From: a virus
IMG/VR virus record: IMGVR_UViG_3300044714_000124
Coordinates: 5,577-69,576 of that record
Strand: one strand, 5' to 3'
Length of the DNA: 64,000 nucleotides
Position 1 is the stretch's first letter, and each line of letters opens with the position of its first letter. The position numbers and the translations under genes are program-made. The notes beneath the pieces are model-generated. The model saw only the letters and a program-made list of their open reading frames with translations. It searched no databases and was not told where the DNA came from. Below are positions 8,436 through 18,904 of the stretch, piece after piece.

Positions 8436-8618
8436 ATGACACGTGGCTTGATCTTCTGGGTGCTGATGCTCATTTGGTTCGTCTTTTCATTGGCTCTTTT
8501 TGGCGGTGTATTTCCGGGCAATGTTGCCCGCTTTGGCGAGATCGGGAATACGTTCCTGTTCTTCGTTTTGTTTGCCCTGCTTGGCTGGGAGGCCTATGGT
8601 CCGGCTGTGCATGGATAG
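8436..8618 (+). CDS. small two-TM membrane protein (possible lysis accessory)
   Basis: Two hydrophobic segments, close to the endolysin. Confidence 0.55.
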   Translation: MTRGLIFWVLMLIWFVFSLALFGGVFPGNVARFGEIGNTFLFFVLFALLGWEAYGPAVHG

Positions 8619-8627
8619 GGTGCAGTG

Positions 8628-8855
8628 ATGAAAGTCGATCCGAAAGTCACGATGATCCTTGGGATCATCACGACATTGTCGCTGGCGATCGGCCAGGGCA
8701 CGATTCATCTGACCGGAGCGGTGCCCGACACCTGGATTCCGGTCATCACCGGATGGGCGGCGATCATCAGCACGGTCAACAGCGCTGTATTGACGGCGCT
8801 CGCGGCAATATCCTCGAAACAATCCGGGCCGCTGTCGTCGGATGCGCCTAAATAG
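8628..8855 (+). CDS. small membrane protein, holin candidate
   Basis: Two hydrophobic segments and a polar C-terminal tail, in the lysis region. Confidence 0.5.
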   Translation: MKVDPKVTMILGIITTLSLAIGQGTIHLTGAVPDTWIPVITGWAAIISTVNSAVLTALAAISSKQSGPLSSDAPK

Positions 8856-8864
8856 GAGATCGGG

Positions 8865-9053
8865 ATGGCCTACAGCGTCGGCGAGATCAATGCGGTGTTC
8901 GCCCAGGTCAAGAGAGACCTGTTTGCTCTGATCGATGCCAAGGGCGGCATGTTCTCCGGCGAGATCGAGGACCAAATCTCCGATGCCGAGCTTCTGACTA
9001 TCGTCAGGGATGGCCTGACGGCCTTGTCGAACTATCAGACCCAGCAAAAATAG
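8865..9053 (+). CDS. hypothetical protein
   Basis: AGGAG RBS, 62 aa. Confidence 0.55.
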   Translation: MAYSVGEINAVFAQVKRDLFALIDAKGGMFSGEIEDQISDAELLTIVRDGLTALSNYQTQQK

Positions 9054-9065
9054 GAGAGCCTCTCT

Positions 9066-9395
9066 ATGGCGATTACCAGCCTGAATTCCGTCGTGTCGAT
9101 CCTCCAGAGTGCCGGCGTGACCGGCACGGCGCTTTCGACCGCCATTTCCGGGCTATTTGCGGCGAGTCCGACGACGGCTATCAATGCGACTTGCCAAGTG
9201 ATCCTTGCCAATTCCAACAATCCGACAGTGGTCAAGGACGAGGCGATGAAGCTCGGTGAGATTCCGAATCTGCCGCTTGCCGTGGCAAACCTGATTCCGA
9301 GCCTGACGGCAGCCAATAGCGCACCGGAGGTCGTGCAGGCGGTACAGAATATCGAGACGGCGATAGGACCGAATCACTCGATTTTCAACCTGTAG
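9066..9395 (+). CDS. hypothetical protein
   Basis: AGGAG RBS, 109 aa. Confidence 0.6.
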   Translation: MAITSLNSVVSILQSAGVTGTALSTAISGLFAASPTTAINATCQVILANSNNPTVVKDEAMKLGEIPNLPLAVANLIPSLTAANSAPEVVQAVQNIETAIGPNHSIFNL

Positions 9396-9407
9396 AGTGC
9401 CTCTGAC

Positions 9408-9644
9408 GTGAGTCCTTTCACGCTCGTTGACATAGCCGCTATTTTGAGCGCCGTGGCAGCGCTCGGCAGTTGCGTTGTAGGCTGGTCGAATATGCGCAGA
9501 ATCCAGGAAGTGCATTTGTCCGTCAACTCGCGCCTCGATCAATTGCTGGCGGTGACGAAGGCGAAAGCATATGAAAACGGCATGGCCGAACAAAGAGCGC
9601 GTCATCTGGAAGACAATCCGGGAATTGCCGAAAGGAAACTCTAG
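9408..9644 (+). CDS. membrane-anchored hypothetical protein
   Basis: N-terminal TM segment followed by VHLSVNSRLDQLL. Confidence 0.55.
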   Translation: MSPFTLVDIAAILSAVAALGSCVVGWSNMRRIQEVHLSVNSRLDQLLAVTKAKAYENGMAEQRARHLEDNPGIAERKL

Positions 9645-9930
9645 GCAATGTCCGTCATCGATCGCTTTGTGGTTCTGACCGGAGTGGTCGCATTTGCCGC
9701 TGCCGTCGTCATTATTTTGATCGCGGCGTTTTTCGTGCCATGGTAAATCGAATGATGGCTTGTGCGGCGAGTTTCTGGCTAGGCGGCATGTTCTCGGTGC
9801 CGGTTGGATATGCGGTTGCGCGCAACGCCGGCGCCGAGCCGCTGCCATGGCTCATCGTGGCTGTGGCGACGCTGTTTTGGCCGTTGACGCTCATGCTGGG
9901 GGTCGCTGGGGTGAAGGCGGACCGCAGATT

Positions 9931-10257
9931 GTGAGCGATATCCCGGGTAACGTCGATCTGGCATTCAAGGCCGCCGAGGTCCTGTCGATATTCGGCGGCG
10001 GGAGTTTCATGCTGGTCAAGCTCGGCCGCGCCGTCGAGCGCTTCGAGATCCTGGGCGCCCTGCAATCAAAGGAAATCGCCGAACTGAAAACCGAAGTCGT
10101 GACCATGCGCAACGTGATCACGCAAGTTGCACTGCAGAACGAGCGCCTGGACCAGATTTCCAAGCGCATCAATAATCAGGACGAGACGATTCTGCTGATG
10201 CGCAAGGGGGAAGGGTATATTTTCCCGCTGCGGGATCGTGTCATTGAGGCTAAGTGA
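9931..10257 (+). CDS. TM plus coiled-coil hypothetical protein
   Basis: GTG start inferred; heptad-like C-terminal half. Confidence 0.5.
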   Translation: MSDIPGNVDLAFKAAEVLSIFGGGSFMLVKLGRAVERFEILGALQSKEIAELKTEVVTMRNVITQVALQNERLDQISKRINNQDETILLMRKGEGYIFPLRDRVIEAK

Positions 10258-10579
10258 TGTTTCCGGCGCATCGGCGCTTCTTCTCCTGCCACGCGAGAAC
10301 CGCCCCGTAAACCCGTCCCTGGATGGTCGGATGAATCCGCACGACCCGGTCGGCCTTGCCGCACCTGACCACGACGATCAATCCATAGGCGACGAGCTCA
10401 TCGATGGTGTGCTGCGACAGGGTGAGGCCGCCATGGAAAAAACGTCCCCGTGAAGCATTGATCGGTCCGTGGCGGTGTATCCAGCGCAATGCCCCGCGCA
10501 AGCGTGGCGGCAATGCGTAGGCCATGGCGCGCAGATGGGCAAACGCGGCGGCCGGGTCGATGGTCTCGACGCTGCGCAT
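10250..10579 (-). CDS. hypothetical protein (possible winged helix)
   Basis: LSQHTIDELVAYGLIVVV pattern. Confidence 0.4.
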   Translation of the reverse strand: MRSVETIDPAAAFAHLRAMAYALPPRLRGALRWIHRHGPINASRGRFFHGGLTLSQHTIDELVAYGLIVVVRCGKADRVVRIHPTIQGRVYGAVLAWQEKKRRCAGNIT

Positions 10580-10589
10580 GGCGGTGCGC

Positions 10590-10937
10590 CTATCGCCGGA
10601 CCACGCTCCCGTCCATTTTCTTCTTCCACTTGCTCCGCCGGCCGCACGGCATCGGCCGCGACGACAGTCCCGGCCCGCTGATTCCCAGATGCCGCCGTCT
10701 CTGCCGCTTGACCTTGGCGACCATCGGGACCACGATTTCGCTGCCGTGACGGCGATTGCACGCGACATGCGCGACGCCGACCTCTTCGCCTCCCAAGGCC
10801 GCCGGGGCGCCGATGTGGGATATCTCCCAGGCAGCGCCGGCCTCGACGATGAAACCGCATATATTGCAACGCACCGCGCCGCTTACGTCGCGGGAAATCT
10901 GCCAGATATGCTCACGCCGACGCGGTGATGAGGTCAC
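10590..10937 (-). CDS. HNH-like endonuclease
   Basis: CNICG...WEISH...P.ALGG...AHVACNRRH. Confidence 0.7.
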   Translation of the reverse strand: MTSSPRRREHIWQISRDVSGAVRCNICGFIVEAGAAWEISHIGAPAALGGEEVGVAHVACNRRHGSEIVVPMVAKVKRQRRRHLGISGPGLSSRPMPCGRRSKWKKKMDGSVVRR

Positions 10938-10999
10938 GCAACAACTCCATTTAATCCTGTTGACAACCTCACGCTACCATTTGCAACCTGCCTGTCAAT

Positions 11000-11272
11000 A
11001 TGAAAAATGAATCGAAATCTAACGAGCAGGATCACCTCCTCATGCGCCATCCCCTGGAAGTGTTTCGCGAGCGCCAGCAACCGCCGTGGCGCCAAATCGA
11101 TCTGGCCCGGAAGCTCGGCGTCGGACGGGCGACGGTCTCCCATTGGGAGGGCGGCACCCGGCGCATCGGGATCGACAAGCTCGCGCGCGTGATGGCTGTG
11201 ACGGGCTTGGATATGATGGTGCTGCGCCAGGATATCGGCGAGTTGCTCGAACGGAATGGGGACAGGCAATGA
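11000..11272 (+). CDS. Cro/XRE-family HTH regulator
   Basis: QIDLARKLGVGRATVSHWEGGTRRI. Confidence 0.85.
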   Translation: MKNESKSNEQDHLLMRHPLEVFRERQQPPWRQIDLARKLGVGRATVSHWEGGTRRIGIDKLARVMAVTGLDMMVLRQDIGELLERNGDRQ

Positions 11273-12600
11273 CAGGCGCGGACCCGGCGATTGCGCAAGC
11301 CGTAAAGCTCCATCGCGGCGGTCTGGGCTACCGGGCCATCGCCCTCGAACTCGGCAAGCCCACGCGCTGGGTGCGGGAGCGGCTAACGGAGGCGGGCGTC
11401 ATGGGGCTTGGGGCGACGCGCCAAGCGCTGGCGCTGGCCTCTCGGGGCCGTGGCGGGCTATCCCTCTACGAGACTGCCCGGCAGGCGATCGCCATGGCGA
11501 AGAGCGCCGATGAGGTCCGGGAGATCGCCGACCGCCATGCCGCGCTGCAAGAATATGCACGGCGCGCCAAGGACCGCGGAATGGAGGTTGACTGCGCGGA
11601 AATCCGTATTCTGAGCGGCAAGCGGCTCGGAGAGATGCTGCGTGGTGTGAAGTTGAGCGCCGGAGGGCGGCCGAAAACCGGTCCTGCTGCGGAACCGTTT
11701 TCTGCTGGAAAGGGGCGGCCGAAAACCGGTCCTGCGTCAGGACCGGTTTCTGCGGAGATGGAGGTCACATTGAGGGATGTAGGAATCGACAAGAATATGT
11801 CGGCGCGGGCGCAGAAGCTCGCCAAATTGAGTGATGATGAATTCGAGCGGCGTTTGCGGGATTGGCGAAGTCACGCTGAATCGACCCGCGACCGGGTATC
11901 CGCCGACCTGCTGCGCGAGGGCCACGTCAACGGTTCGCGCGCCGTGATGGCGGCACGGCAGGCGAGCGAAGATGAGCTCGATTTCTATCCGACGCCCCCA
12001 TGGGCCACGCGCGCCCTGATGCAGTATGCGATGCCGGCGATAGGATGGACCGGCAAGCGCTTCGATTCGGTGTGGGAGCCGGCCTGCGGCGAAGGCCACA
12101 TGGCAGAAGTGCTCGCCGAATATTCCGACGACGTGCGCGCCAGTGACGTGCACGATTATGGTTATGGCAAGCTTTTCGATTTTCTCGACCCGCAGCCGAA
12201 TCGCGGCTTGGCAATGAAAGAATTGCCGTCCTGGATCATCACCAACCCCCCGTTCAAAGGCGACAAAGCAGAGCAATTCACGGCGCGCGCTATTCTCTTG
12301 GCACGTGTCGGCGTCGCCATGTTTGTCCGTGTCCAGTTCCTCGAAACCGTAGGCCGCTACGAGCGTCTGTTCGAGCGGCTGCCGCCCACACTGCTCGCAA
12401 TGTTTTCGGAACGCGTCAACCTGCGCCAGGGTTATTGGGACCCTGACGGCGGCACGGCAACGGCCTATTGCTGGCTCATCTGGGTCAAGGACATGGCGCC
12501 ATTGCCGCCGCTGTGGATTCCACCGTATTGCCGGGAAAATCTGACGCGCGCTGATGATCGTGCGCGGTTTACGGAGCATCCGGTTAAACGGAGAGTGTGA
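11269..12600 (+). CDS. DNA N6-adenine/N4-cytosine methyltransferase with an N-terminal HTH/linker
   Basis: DFYPTPPWAT, VWEPACGEGHMA (SAM binding), WIITNPPF (catalytic motif). Confidence 0.85.
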   Translation: MTGADPAIAQAVKLHRGGLGYRAIALELGKPTRWVRERLTEAGVMGLGATRQALALASRGRGGLSLYETARQAIAMAKSADEVREIADRHAALQEYARRAKDRGMEVDCAEIRILSGKRLGEMLRGVKLSAGGRPKTGPAAEPFSAGKGRPKTGPASGPVSAEMEVTLRDVGIDKNMSARAQKLAKLSDDEFERRLRDWRSHAESTRDRVSADLLREGHVNGSRAVMAARQASEDELDFYPTPPWATRALMQYAMPAIGWTGKRFDSVWEPACGEGHMAEVLAEYSDDVRASDVHDYGYGKLFDFLDPQPNRGLAMKELPSWIITNPPFKGDKAEQFTARAILLARVGVAMFVRVQFLETVGRYERLFERLPPTLLAMFSERVNLRQGYWDPDGGTATAYCWLIWVKDMAPLPPLWIPPYCRENLTRADDRARFTEHPVKRRV

Positions 12601-13403
12601 TGGGCGAAGAGACCGCAATCGAATGGGCGGATCATACCTGGAATCCATGGATCGGATGCACGAAAGTTTCGGCGGCCTGCGACGGGTGTTATGCCGAGGA
12701 TTTGATGTCTCATCGATATGGCCGCGTCAGATGGGGCGCCGGCCAGCATCGAGTGCGGACGTCTATGGCTAACTGGCGGGAACCCGCGCGATGGAACCGC
12801 AAAGCATGCGCTGCCGGCAGAATGGAGACGGTGTTCTGCTTGTCGCTCGGCGATATCTGGGACAATGAGGTCGATCCGGTTTGGCGCCATGAAGCGTTCG
12901 ATGTGATGAATAACACATCGAATTTGCTGTATTTGCTGCTCTCCAAGCGTGTCGGCAATGCGGTGAAAATGTGTGATCCTGCTGCCGGCAATCTAATGCT
13001 GCCGCGCAATTGCGCGCTGGGTGCGACTCTCGAAAACCAGGAGGTATGGAACCGGGATATTCAAAAACTGATCAGAGCCGCGAAAACGCTCGGTGCGCGC
13101 TTTTCGTTCGCGAGTGTCGAGCCGATGCTGGGGCCGATCGACGCTCGCGGGATGCTCCCGGATTGGGTGATTGTCGGGGGCGAAAGCGGCAACAGGGCGC
13201 GACCGATGGACCCTGATTGGGCACGCGGCCTCCGCGACCAATGCGCGGCGGCCGGGGTGCCTTACTTTTTCAAGCAATGGGGCGAGTATCATCCATTGAT
13301 GAGTCAGGATGGCGATACGCATAAATTCCATCGCGTCGGCAAGAGAGCGGCCGGTCGCGTGCTCGATGGTGTAGTACATGACGCCATGCCGCGGATGCCG
13401 TAG
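12600..13403 (+). CDS. phage Gp37/Gp68-like (DUF5131) protein
   Basis: TAIEWADHTWNPWIGCTKVSAACDGCYA...WVIVGGESG..ARPM. Confidence 0.88.
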   Translation: MGEETAIEWADHTWNPWIGCTKVSAACDGCYAEDLMSHRYGRVRWGAGQHRVRTSMANWREPARWNRKACAAGRMETVFCLSLGDIWDNEVDPVWRHEAFDVMNNTSNLLYLLLSKRVGNAVKMCDPAAGNLMLPRNCALGATLENQEVWNRDIQKLIRAAKTLGARFSFASVEPMLGPIDARGMLPDWVIVGGESGNRARPMDPDWARGLRDQCAAAGVPYFFKQWGEYHPLMSQDGDTHKFHRVGKRAAGRVLDGVVHDAMPRMP

Positions 13404-13601
13404 TGACCCGTCATCGCTGGCGCCTCGACACGCGCGTTGACGATCATCTGACCATCCGCACCTGCGTAAAATGCGGCTGCGTTGCTCATTCTCGCCACGA
13501 ATGGAACGGCCGCTACGAGGTCCACTGGAAGGAATACTATACGGCGGACAGGCCGGAAATAAGGCTCACGATCATGCCGGAATGTGGGGAGGGATAGTGA
13601 G

Positions 13602-14177
13602 ATGTCGATGAAAGCAATCATGTGGGCTTTCGGCTTGCGTGGTATGAGTCCCGGTGCAAAACTGGCGGCGATCGGAGTGGCCGAATGTGCATCCGGGGGC
13701 GTCGTTGATCATCGGAAAGTGGAATGGCTGGCTAGGTTCGTTGGCGTGGACGTTGATCGTCTGTTTGTATATCTGGATGAATTAACCGAAAATTGCGGGG
13801 TGGAATTACGGAAGCTGCCTGATGGCGGAATTGAAATATTAGCGCCGGCATTAATTCCCGATACGCTCGAAAGAAAGGCAACCGCTTCGGATGAATCACC
13901 TTCTTTTATTTACATAATTGCCGGCGTTGAAATAACCAAAATAGGCATTTCTTCAAGTCCGAGAGAGCGATTGTACAGCTTGCAACTTTCGTTCGAAAGT
14001 CCCCTGAAATTGATAGCTGCATACGCGGGGCCTGTCTGGTTGATCAGGCTGATCGAACGTGAATGCCATGCGATATTGCAGCCGAAGAAAGCTTTCGGTG
14101 AATGGTACAGGGTATCCCCCGACGAGGCGATTGAGATCGTCAGGGGTCGATTTGATGTGCACGGGAGACCGATATGA
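13602..14177 (+). CDS. GIY-YIG/T5orf172-domain protein with an N-terminal replication-protein-like HTH
   Basis: FIYII...TKIGISSSPRERLYSLQ...IERECH...GEWY. Confidence 0.7.
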   Translation: MSMKAIMWAFGLRGMSPGAKLAAIGVAECASGGVVDHRKVEWLARFVGVDVDRLFVYLDELTENCGVELRKLPDGGIEILAPALIPDTLERKATASDESPSFIYIIAGVEITKIGISSSPRERLYSLQLSFESPLKLIAAYAGPVWLIRLIERECHAILQPKKAFGEWYRVSPDEAIEIVRGRFDVHGRPI

Positions 14178-15478
14178 GCGAAAAGCATAGCAGTCCGAAA
14201 GCGCGGCGTTTCGGGTCGGATGAAGCACATTCCTGGGCTCGAAATTTGCGTTTAGGCAACAGCCACGCGAAGCATATCCTTAAAGCTCTGACGCTGTACG
14301 TGGATGGGGATGGATCATGTTTCGTGAGCGTGCCGCAATTAGCGCTCGATTGTGAGATTGCGCCCGAGACGGTGCGCCGGCGACTGGTGTGGTTGGAATC
14401 GATTGGCGCAATCGTGCGGCTGCCACAATGGATTCACGAAAATGGCAGGCGTAGCGGTAGTCCGCCAGGTAAGCGGACCAGTGATGAGATTCGGTTGCTG
14501 ATCATGGATGACGTCGAGGAAATCGAACGCCGGGCATGCGGCGAGGATGGTACGGGGGCAGGTCAGGAAGACAGTGAACTTAATCAATGTGATGAGCCGG
14601 ATAGTGGTATTGAGGTAGGCCACGTACCGCAGCCAGGGCTAAATGATGCGGTTAGCCACGTACCGCAGCCAGGGCTAAATAATGCCCAGGACTCTAGTAG
14701 GACTCTAGTAGGACTCTATCAGGACTCTAATACGGTAGAGTCCACAGAATCGCGCGCGCGCGATTCTAACCTTAACCTTAATAAGAAAGAAAACCCCCCT
14801 ACCCCCCTTAAAAGGGGGGGGGAACATGAAATTCAATTTGAGGATTTCAGCGCGGCCTATCCTGGGCCTGTAATCGACGTGCCGAAGGCGGAGGCATTCT
14901 GGCGCGCCCTCACCGATCCCGAACGCGCCGCCGCCCTCACGGGCGCCAAAGGCTACGCGGCCTACATCGACGCCGAACGCTCCGCCGGCCGCAACCGCGC
15001 CGTCAAGGACGCCCATCGCTGGCTGCGCGACAAATTGTGGATCGGATTTGCCAAGGAAGGCGCCAAGGCGGAAACCTCCGCCCAACAATTCACCTGTACG
15101 GAGAATTCGCCCGAATGGCTCAAATGGCAGGTCTACTACCGCTGCTGCGGCGAGGATGGCATTCCCGAATATCGGATCAGCCGCTTCGAGGGGCGCAATG
15201 CCAAACTCGCCACGGTGCCTCGGCGCTGGCCTCCCGAATGCGGCGGCTTCTCAGGCGAACCATGGCAGGAACATGCTCGAGGGTCGCGCGAGTGCGCCGC
15301 GTGGCTCGCCCGGCTGCGCGAATTGCCCGGCGCGCGGATCGTCTTTCGCCGGGTGCGCGTCGGCGGTGAGATGGCGGTTGGTTTGCGTGTTCCGTCGCAA
15401 TGGCCTCCCGCCAAGGGCTCGAGCGTGGCGCCGGAGACGCTGATGGATGCCGAGGATGCAGCGGCATTCGGCGCCTAG
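14174..15478 (+). CDS. phage replication initiator protein
   Basis: N-terminal wHTH (LALDCEIAPETVRRRLVWLESIGAI), internal iterons, NLNLN..PPTP linker, F..FS.AYP C-terminal domain. Confidence 0.75.
   Translation: MSEKHSSPKARRFGSDEAHSWARNLRLGNSHAKHILKALTLYVDGDGSCFVSVPQLALDCEIAPETVRRRLVWLESIGAIVRLPQWIHENGRRSGSPPGKRTSDEIRLLIMDDVEEIERRACGEDGTGAGQEDSELNQCDEPDSGIEVGHVPQPGLNDAVSHVPQPGLNNAQDSSRTLVGLYQDSNTVESTESRARDSNLNLNKKENPPTPLKRGGEHEIQFEDFSAAYPGPVIDVPKAEAFWRALTDPERAAALTGAKGYAAYIDAERSAGRNRAVKDAHRWLRDKLWIGFAKEGAKAETSAQQFTCTENSPEWLKWQVYYRCCGEDGIPEYRISRFEGRNAKLATVPRRWPPECGGFSGEPWQEHARGSRECAAWLARLRELPGARIVFRRVRVGGEMAVGLRVPSQWPPAKGSSVAPETLMDAEDAAAFGA
14619..14731 (+). repeat. iterons / likely replication origin inside the initiator gene
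   Basis: 26-bp GCCACGTACCGCAGCCAGGGCTAAAT x2 (14619, 14655) and 11-bp AGGACTCTA(GT/TC/AT) x4 (14688-14731), followed by an AT-rich stretch. Confidence 0.75.
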
Positions 15479-15553
15479 CGCGTCGGATTCGACTCGAAGC
15501 TAAAAATCTGATAAATCCGTTGCAATCGGTGTCGAATTGCGCGGAATCTCGAG

Positions 15554-16210
15554 ATGGAATCCCTCGAATCACTGCCGACCACGAACAGCGCCGCGATCCC
15601 CCTCAAGCGCGCCAAGTGGGAGCTCTACGCCCAGGAGCGCAGTTTAGGCCGCGGCGCCTGGGAGGCCTGCAAGCGCGCCGGCCTCGAGCCGAAGAACGGC
15701 GCTGCGACGAAAGTGGAACAGCATCCCGACGTCCAGGCCCGCATCGCCTATCTGGCCGCGCAGACCGCCGACATTCTCGCCGAAAAACGAGCCCGCATCG
15801 AAGCGCGCCAATGGCTCGTCCACGACGCGAACCTTGAATTATTCTATGAGGACGTGGAAGAACCGATCATACGCGACGGCAAGCTCGTGCTCGGTCCCGA
15901 CGGCCAGCCGCTGACGCGCAACGTGCATCGGCTGCGGCGTTTCAGCGACATCCCATCCGAATTGCTGATGGCCATTGAAACGCTGACGCATACCGACAAG
16001 GGGCGTCCGAACCTCAAACTCTACTCGAAGGAAAAAGCCTCGATCGAATTGCGCCGTCTCAACGGCCTCGATGCGCCTTCGCGTGATGCGCCCGCCGACG
16101 GCCCGCCGCAGAGCGCCGAACAGATGCTCTCCGAACTGCGCAAGCAGGCTGTCGATCTCGGCATCATCAAATATCTGGTCGGCGGCGACAGCGGCGATGG
16201 AGCGGCGTGA
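15554..16210 (+). CDS. terminase small subunit
   Basis: WELYAQ...AWEACKRAG...HPDVQARIAYL...LKLYSKEKA; lies upstream of the large terminase. Confidence 0.75.
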   Translation: MESLESLPTTNSAAIPLKRAKWELYAQERSLGRGAWEACKRAGLEPKNGAATKVEQHPDVQARIAYLAAQTADILAEKRARIEARQWLVHDANLELFYEDVEEPIIRDGKLVLGPDGQPLTRNVHRLRRFSDIPSELLMAIETLTHTDKGRPNLKLYSKEKASIELRRLNGLDAPSRDAPADGPPQSAEQMLSELRKQAVDLGIIKYLVGGDSGDGAA

Positions 16211-16473
16211 TGAGTGATTGGCTTCCGATTGAAAGCGCGCCGAAAGACGGCAGCGCAATTCTGGGCTTTGGTACGCATGTCGGAACTCCTCATGAGGAGC
16301 AACGTGGCGTGGTTGCCGGGGATTGGTGGTGGGCTATCATGCTGTGGGACGTGTGGCGTAATCCGCATCAGTGGGTGTTCAGCAAGGATGGATCGCCGAC
16401 ATGGTCGGCGCCGTCTCACTGGATGCCGCTGCCGCGAGCTCCATTGCGGGTTGAAGACGTGATCTCGGGTTGA
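16207..16473 (+). CDS. DUF551-like phage protein
   Basis: WLPIESAPKDG...PSHWMPLP. Confidence 0.75.
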   Translation: MMSDWLPIESAPKDGSAILGFGTHVGTPHEEQRGVVAGDWWWAIMLWDVWRNPHQWVFSKDGSPTWSAPSHWMPLPRAPLRVEDVISG

Positions 16474-16485
16474 AGAGGTGATCTG

Positions 16486-18207
16486 ATGTCGCTGCAATCA
16501 CCCGCTCTGCTCGGAGGTTTCAAGCGTGCGCTCGATCGTTACGCCGACCAGTTGCTTCGCAATGAGCATTCGACGCGTGGCTATCGCGACGCCGAAGGCG
16601 TGTGGTGCTGCGGGCTCTACAGTTTCGTCCAGCATTTCTGGCGCGTGATCGAGCCCGAGACGCCGATGGTGCCCGGCTGGCCGATGGAGGCGATCTGTCA
16701 GCATCTGGAAGCGGTCACATTCGGCGATATCACGCGGCTGCTGATGAACGTATCGCCCGGCAGTTGCAAGAGTTTGCTGGTCGATGTGTTCTGGCCCGCG
16801 TGGGAATGGGCGATCGGTTATTCGCACTACCGCTATGTGACGTTCTCCTACTCCGCATCGCTGACGGAGCGCGACAACGGCCGCTTTCGCGACCTGATCG
16901 CGAGCGCGGCCTATCAGCGGCTCTATGGCGATGTCGTAACTCTGCGAAACAAGACGACGCTGAAAGTGATCAACACCGCGACCGGCTGGAAGCTTGCGTC
17001 CTCAGTCGGCGGCGTGGGTACCGGCGAGCGCGGCGACCGGATCATCCTCGACGATCCGCACAACGTCAAGGACGCCGAGTCTCAGATTGTCCGGGACGAG
17101 ACGGTGCGCTGGTTTCGCGAGTCGATGAGCAATCGCCTTAACGATTTGGAGCATGGCGCGATCGTGATCATCATGCAGCGCGTTCACGAGGACGATGTGT
17201 CCGGGGCGATCATCTCGTTGCGGCTTGACTACTGCCATTTACTGATCCCGATGGAGCATGAATATGTGCGCAAACCGAACGAGATCGGATGGAGCGATCC
17301 GCGCGACGATGATGACGATGCGGAAATACTCTGCTGGCCGGAACGGTTTTCGGCGGCCGTGGTCGAGCGCACCAAGCGCGAAGTCGGGCCTTACGCCTGG
17401 GCCGGTCAGTATCAGCAGACACCCGCTCCTCGCGGCGGCGGCATATTCAAGCGCGAATGGTGGCAGGAATGGCGCGACGAGCGCGGTAAATTCCCCGTCT
17501 GCGATCTGGTGATCGCGTCGCTTGATGGGGCGTTCACTGAAAACGAAGAAAACAGCGCCTGCGCCCTCACGGTATGGGGAACCTTCACGCATCCCGAACA
17601 CAAGCGCCGGCGCATCATCCTGCTTCACGCTTGGCGCAAGCATCTGCAATTCTCCGGTGCGCGCATCGAGCGTCTGCCCCATGAAATCATTCTCCCGGAA
17701 ATGCACGAGGAAGTCCGCAAGGCCCGCAACCAGATGTATCGCCGCCGCTGCATGAGTTCGCAGACGTGGGGCCTGATCGAGTGGACGCGCGACACTTGCG
17801 TCCGCTTCAAGGTCGATCGCCTCTTGATCGAAGCGAAGGCAAGCGGCATGTCGGCAGCCCGCGAATTGCGCAGCCGTTACGGCAACGAGAATTACGCGGT
17901 GCATCTGTGCAAGGTGACCGCGGACAAATACGCGCGCGCACAAGCGGCGCAGCCGACCTTTTCGCAGGAGCTCGTCTACGCGCCGTGGAACCTTGCCATC
18001 GACAACTGGTATACCCACGCCGAAACCGTGATCGACGAGATGGCGGTATTCCCGAAAGGCAAGTACGACGACTTGACCGACTCGGCGACTCAGGCGATCA
18101 AACACCTGCGCGATCTGGGCTTTGCCAACACGGACGACGAGGCAAGCGCGATCGAGATCGACGCGGTCACTCACAGGCCGCAGCCCAAGCCGCTTTATCC
18201 GGTGTAA
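16486..18207 (+). CDS. terminase large subunit
   Basis: RLLMNVSPGSCKS, GTGERGDRIILDDPH, IMQRVHEDD, GQYQQTP, FPKGKYDDLTDS. Confidence 0.95.
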   Translation: MSLQSPALLGGFKRALDRYADQLLRNEHSTRGYRDAEGVWCCGLYSFVQHFWRVIEPETPMVPGWPMEAICQHLEAVTFGDITRLLMNVSPGSCKSLLVDVFWPAWEWAIGYSHYRYVTFSYSASLTERDNGRFRDLIASAAYQRLYGDVVTLRNKTTLKVINTATGWKLASSVGGVGTGERGDRIILDDPHNVKDAESQIVRDETVRWFRESMSNRLNDLEHGAIVIIMQRVHEDDVSGAIISLRLDYCHLLIPMEHEYVRKPNEIGWSDPRDDDDDAEILCWPERFSAAVVERTKREVGPYAWAGQYQQTPAPRGGGIFKREWWQEWRDERGKFPVCDLVIASLDGAFTENEENSACALTVWGTFTHPEHKRRRIILLHAWRKHLQFSGARIERLPHEIILPEMHEEVRKARNQMYRRRCMSSQTWGLIEWTRDTCVRFKVDRLLIEAKASGMSAARELRSRYGNENYAVHLCKVTADKYARAQAAQPTFSQELVYAPWNLAIDNWYTHAETVIDEMAVFPKGKYDDLTDSATQAIKHLRDLGFANTDDEASAIEIDAVTHRPQPKPLYPV

Positions 18208-18217
18208 TTGGGGAGGA

Positions 18218-18904
18218 ATGGAAATGATCGATTTTGAAAAATTGGCCGTGTTTCGTTTGTTGATCGGGTCGCACAGGACTGCCGAATCAGGGCTGTGCGC
18301 GATGGAAGCGGTGGCGTGGCTTGAAGGTCTGCCGCACAGTGATCGGCCAGTATGCACCTGTCCGATCATAGGCGCCTATGTGCGCGCTCTGAATGATGGG
18401 TTGCCTTATGAACAGCGGCAACTGCTGTTAGCTTATCTTCCACGGCTTGTAGGCACGGTAGCTCCCGGAAAGGAGTCGGAGCGGACGCAATTCCTGATCC
18501 AAGAATCGTTGAGCCGGGTATGGCCCGTGGTTTTGCGTGCTTGGAATCTGAATGAACTGGCACAAGAGTTCGAACAGATGGCGCGGGATTGGAAATGCGG
18601 TGCGCGCGTGGATTTTGATGCGCTGTACATTTACGCTTTACGTCTAAATTACAGGCGGCTTGCTACCTCCATCGTTTTTTTTGAAGCCGGCCTTTCCAGT
18701 TCGGTTCCCGTCGTCGCCGCTAACTTCGCCGCTCTCTCTTGTGGCCCCGCCCGTGTCTGGCTCACCGATCGCGCTGCCCTCAGGGCCATTTACGATATCC
18801 AATTCGAAATGCTGGATGGCGTCTTGAAGATCGGCGCACCATCTCCGGGTTTTACGAAATCGATAGAGCCTCGCATTCTGGCATATCTAGAATTGGTGTC
18901 GTAA
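18218..18904 (+). CDS. hypothetical protein
   Basis: GSH...LCAMEAVAWLEG.PHSDRPVC.CP; GGAGG RBS. Confidence 0.6.
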   Translation: MEMIDFEKLAVFRLLIGSHRTAESGLCAMEAVAWLEGLPHSDRPVCTCPIIGAYVRALNDGLPYEQRQLLLAYLPRLVGTVAPGKESERTQFLIQESLSRVWPVVLRAWNLNELAQEFEQMARDWKCGARVDFDALYIYALRLNYRRLATSIVFFEAGLSSSVPVVAANFAALSCGPARVWLTDRAALRAIYDIQFEMLDGVLKIGAPSPGFTKSIEPRILAYLELVS

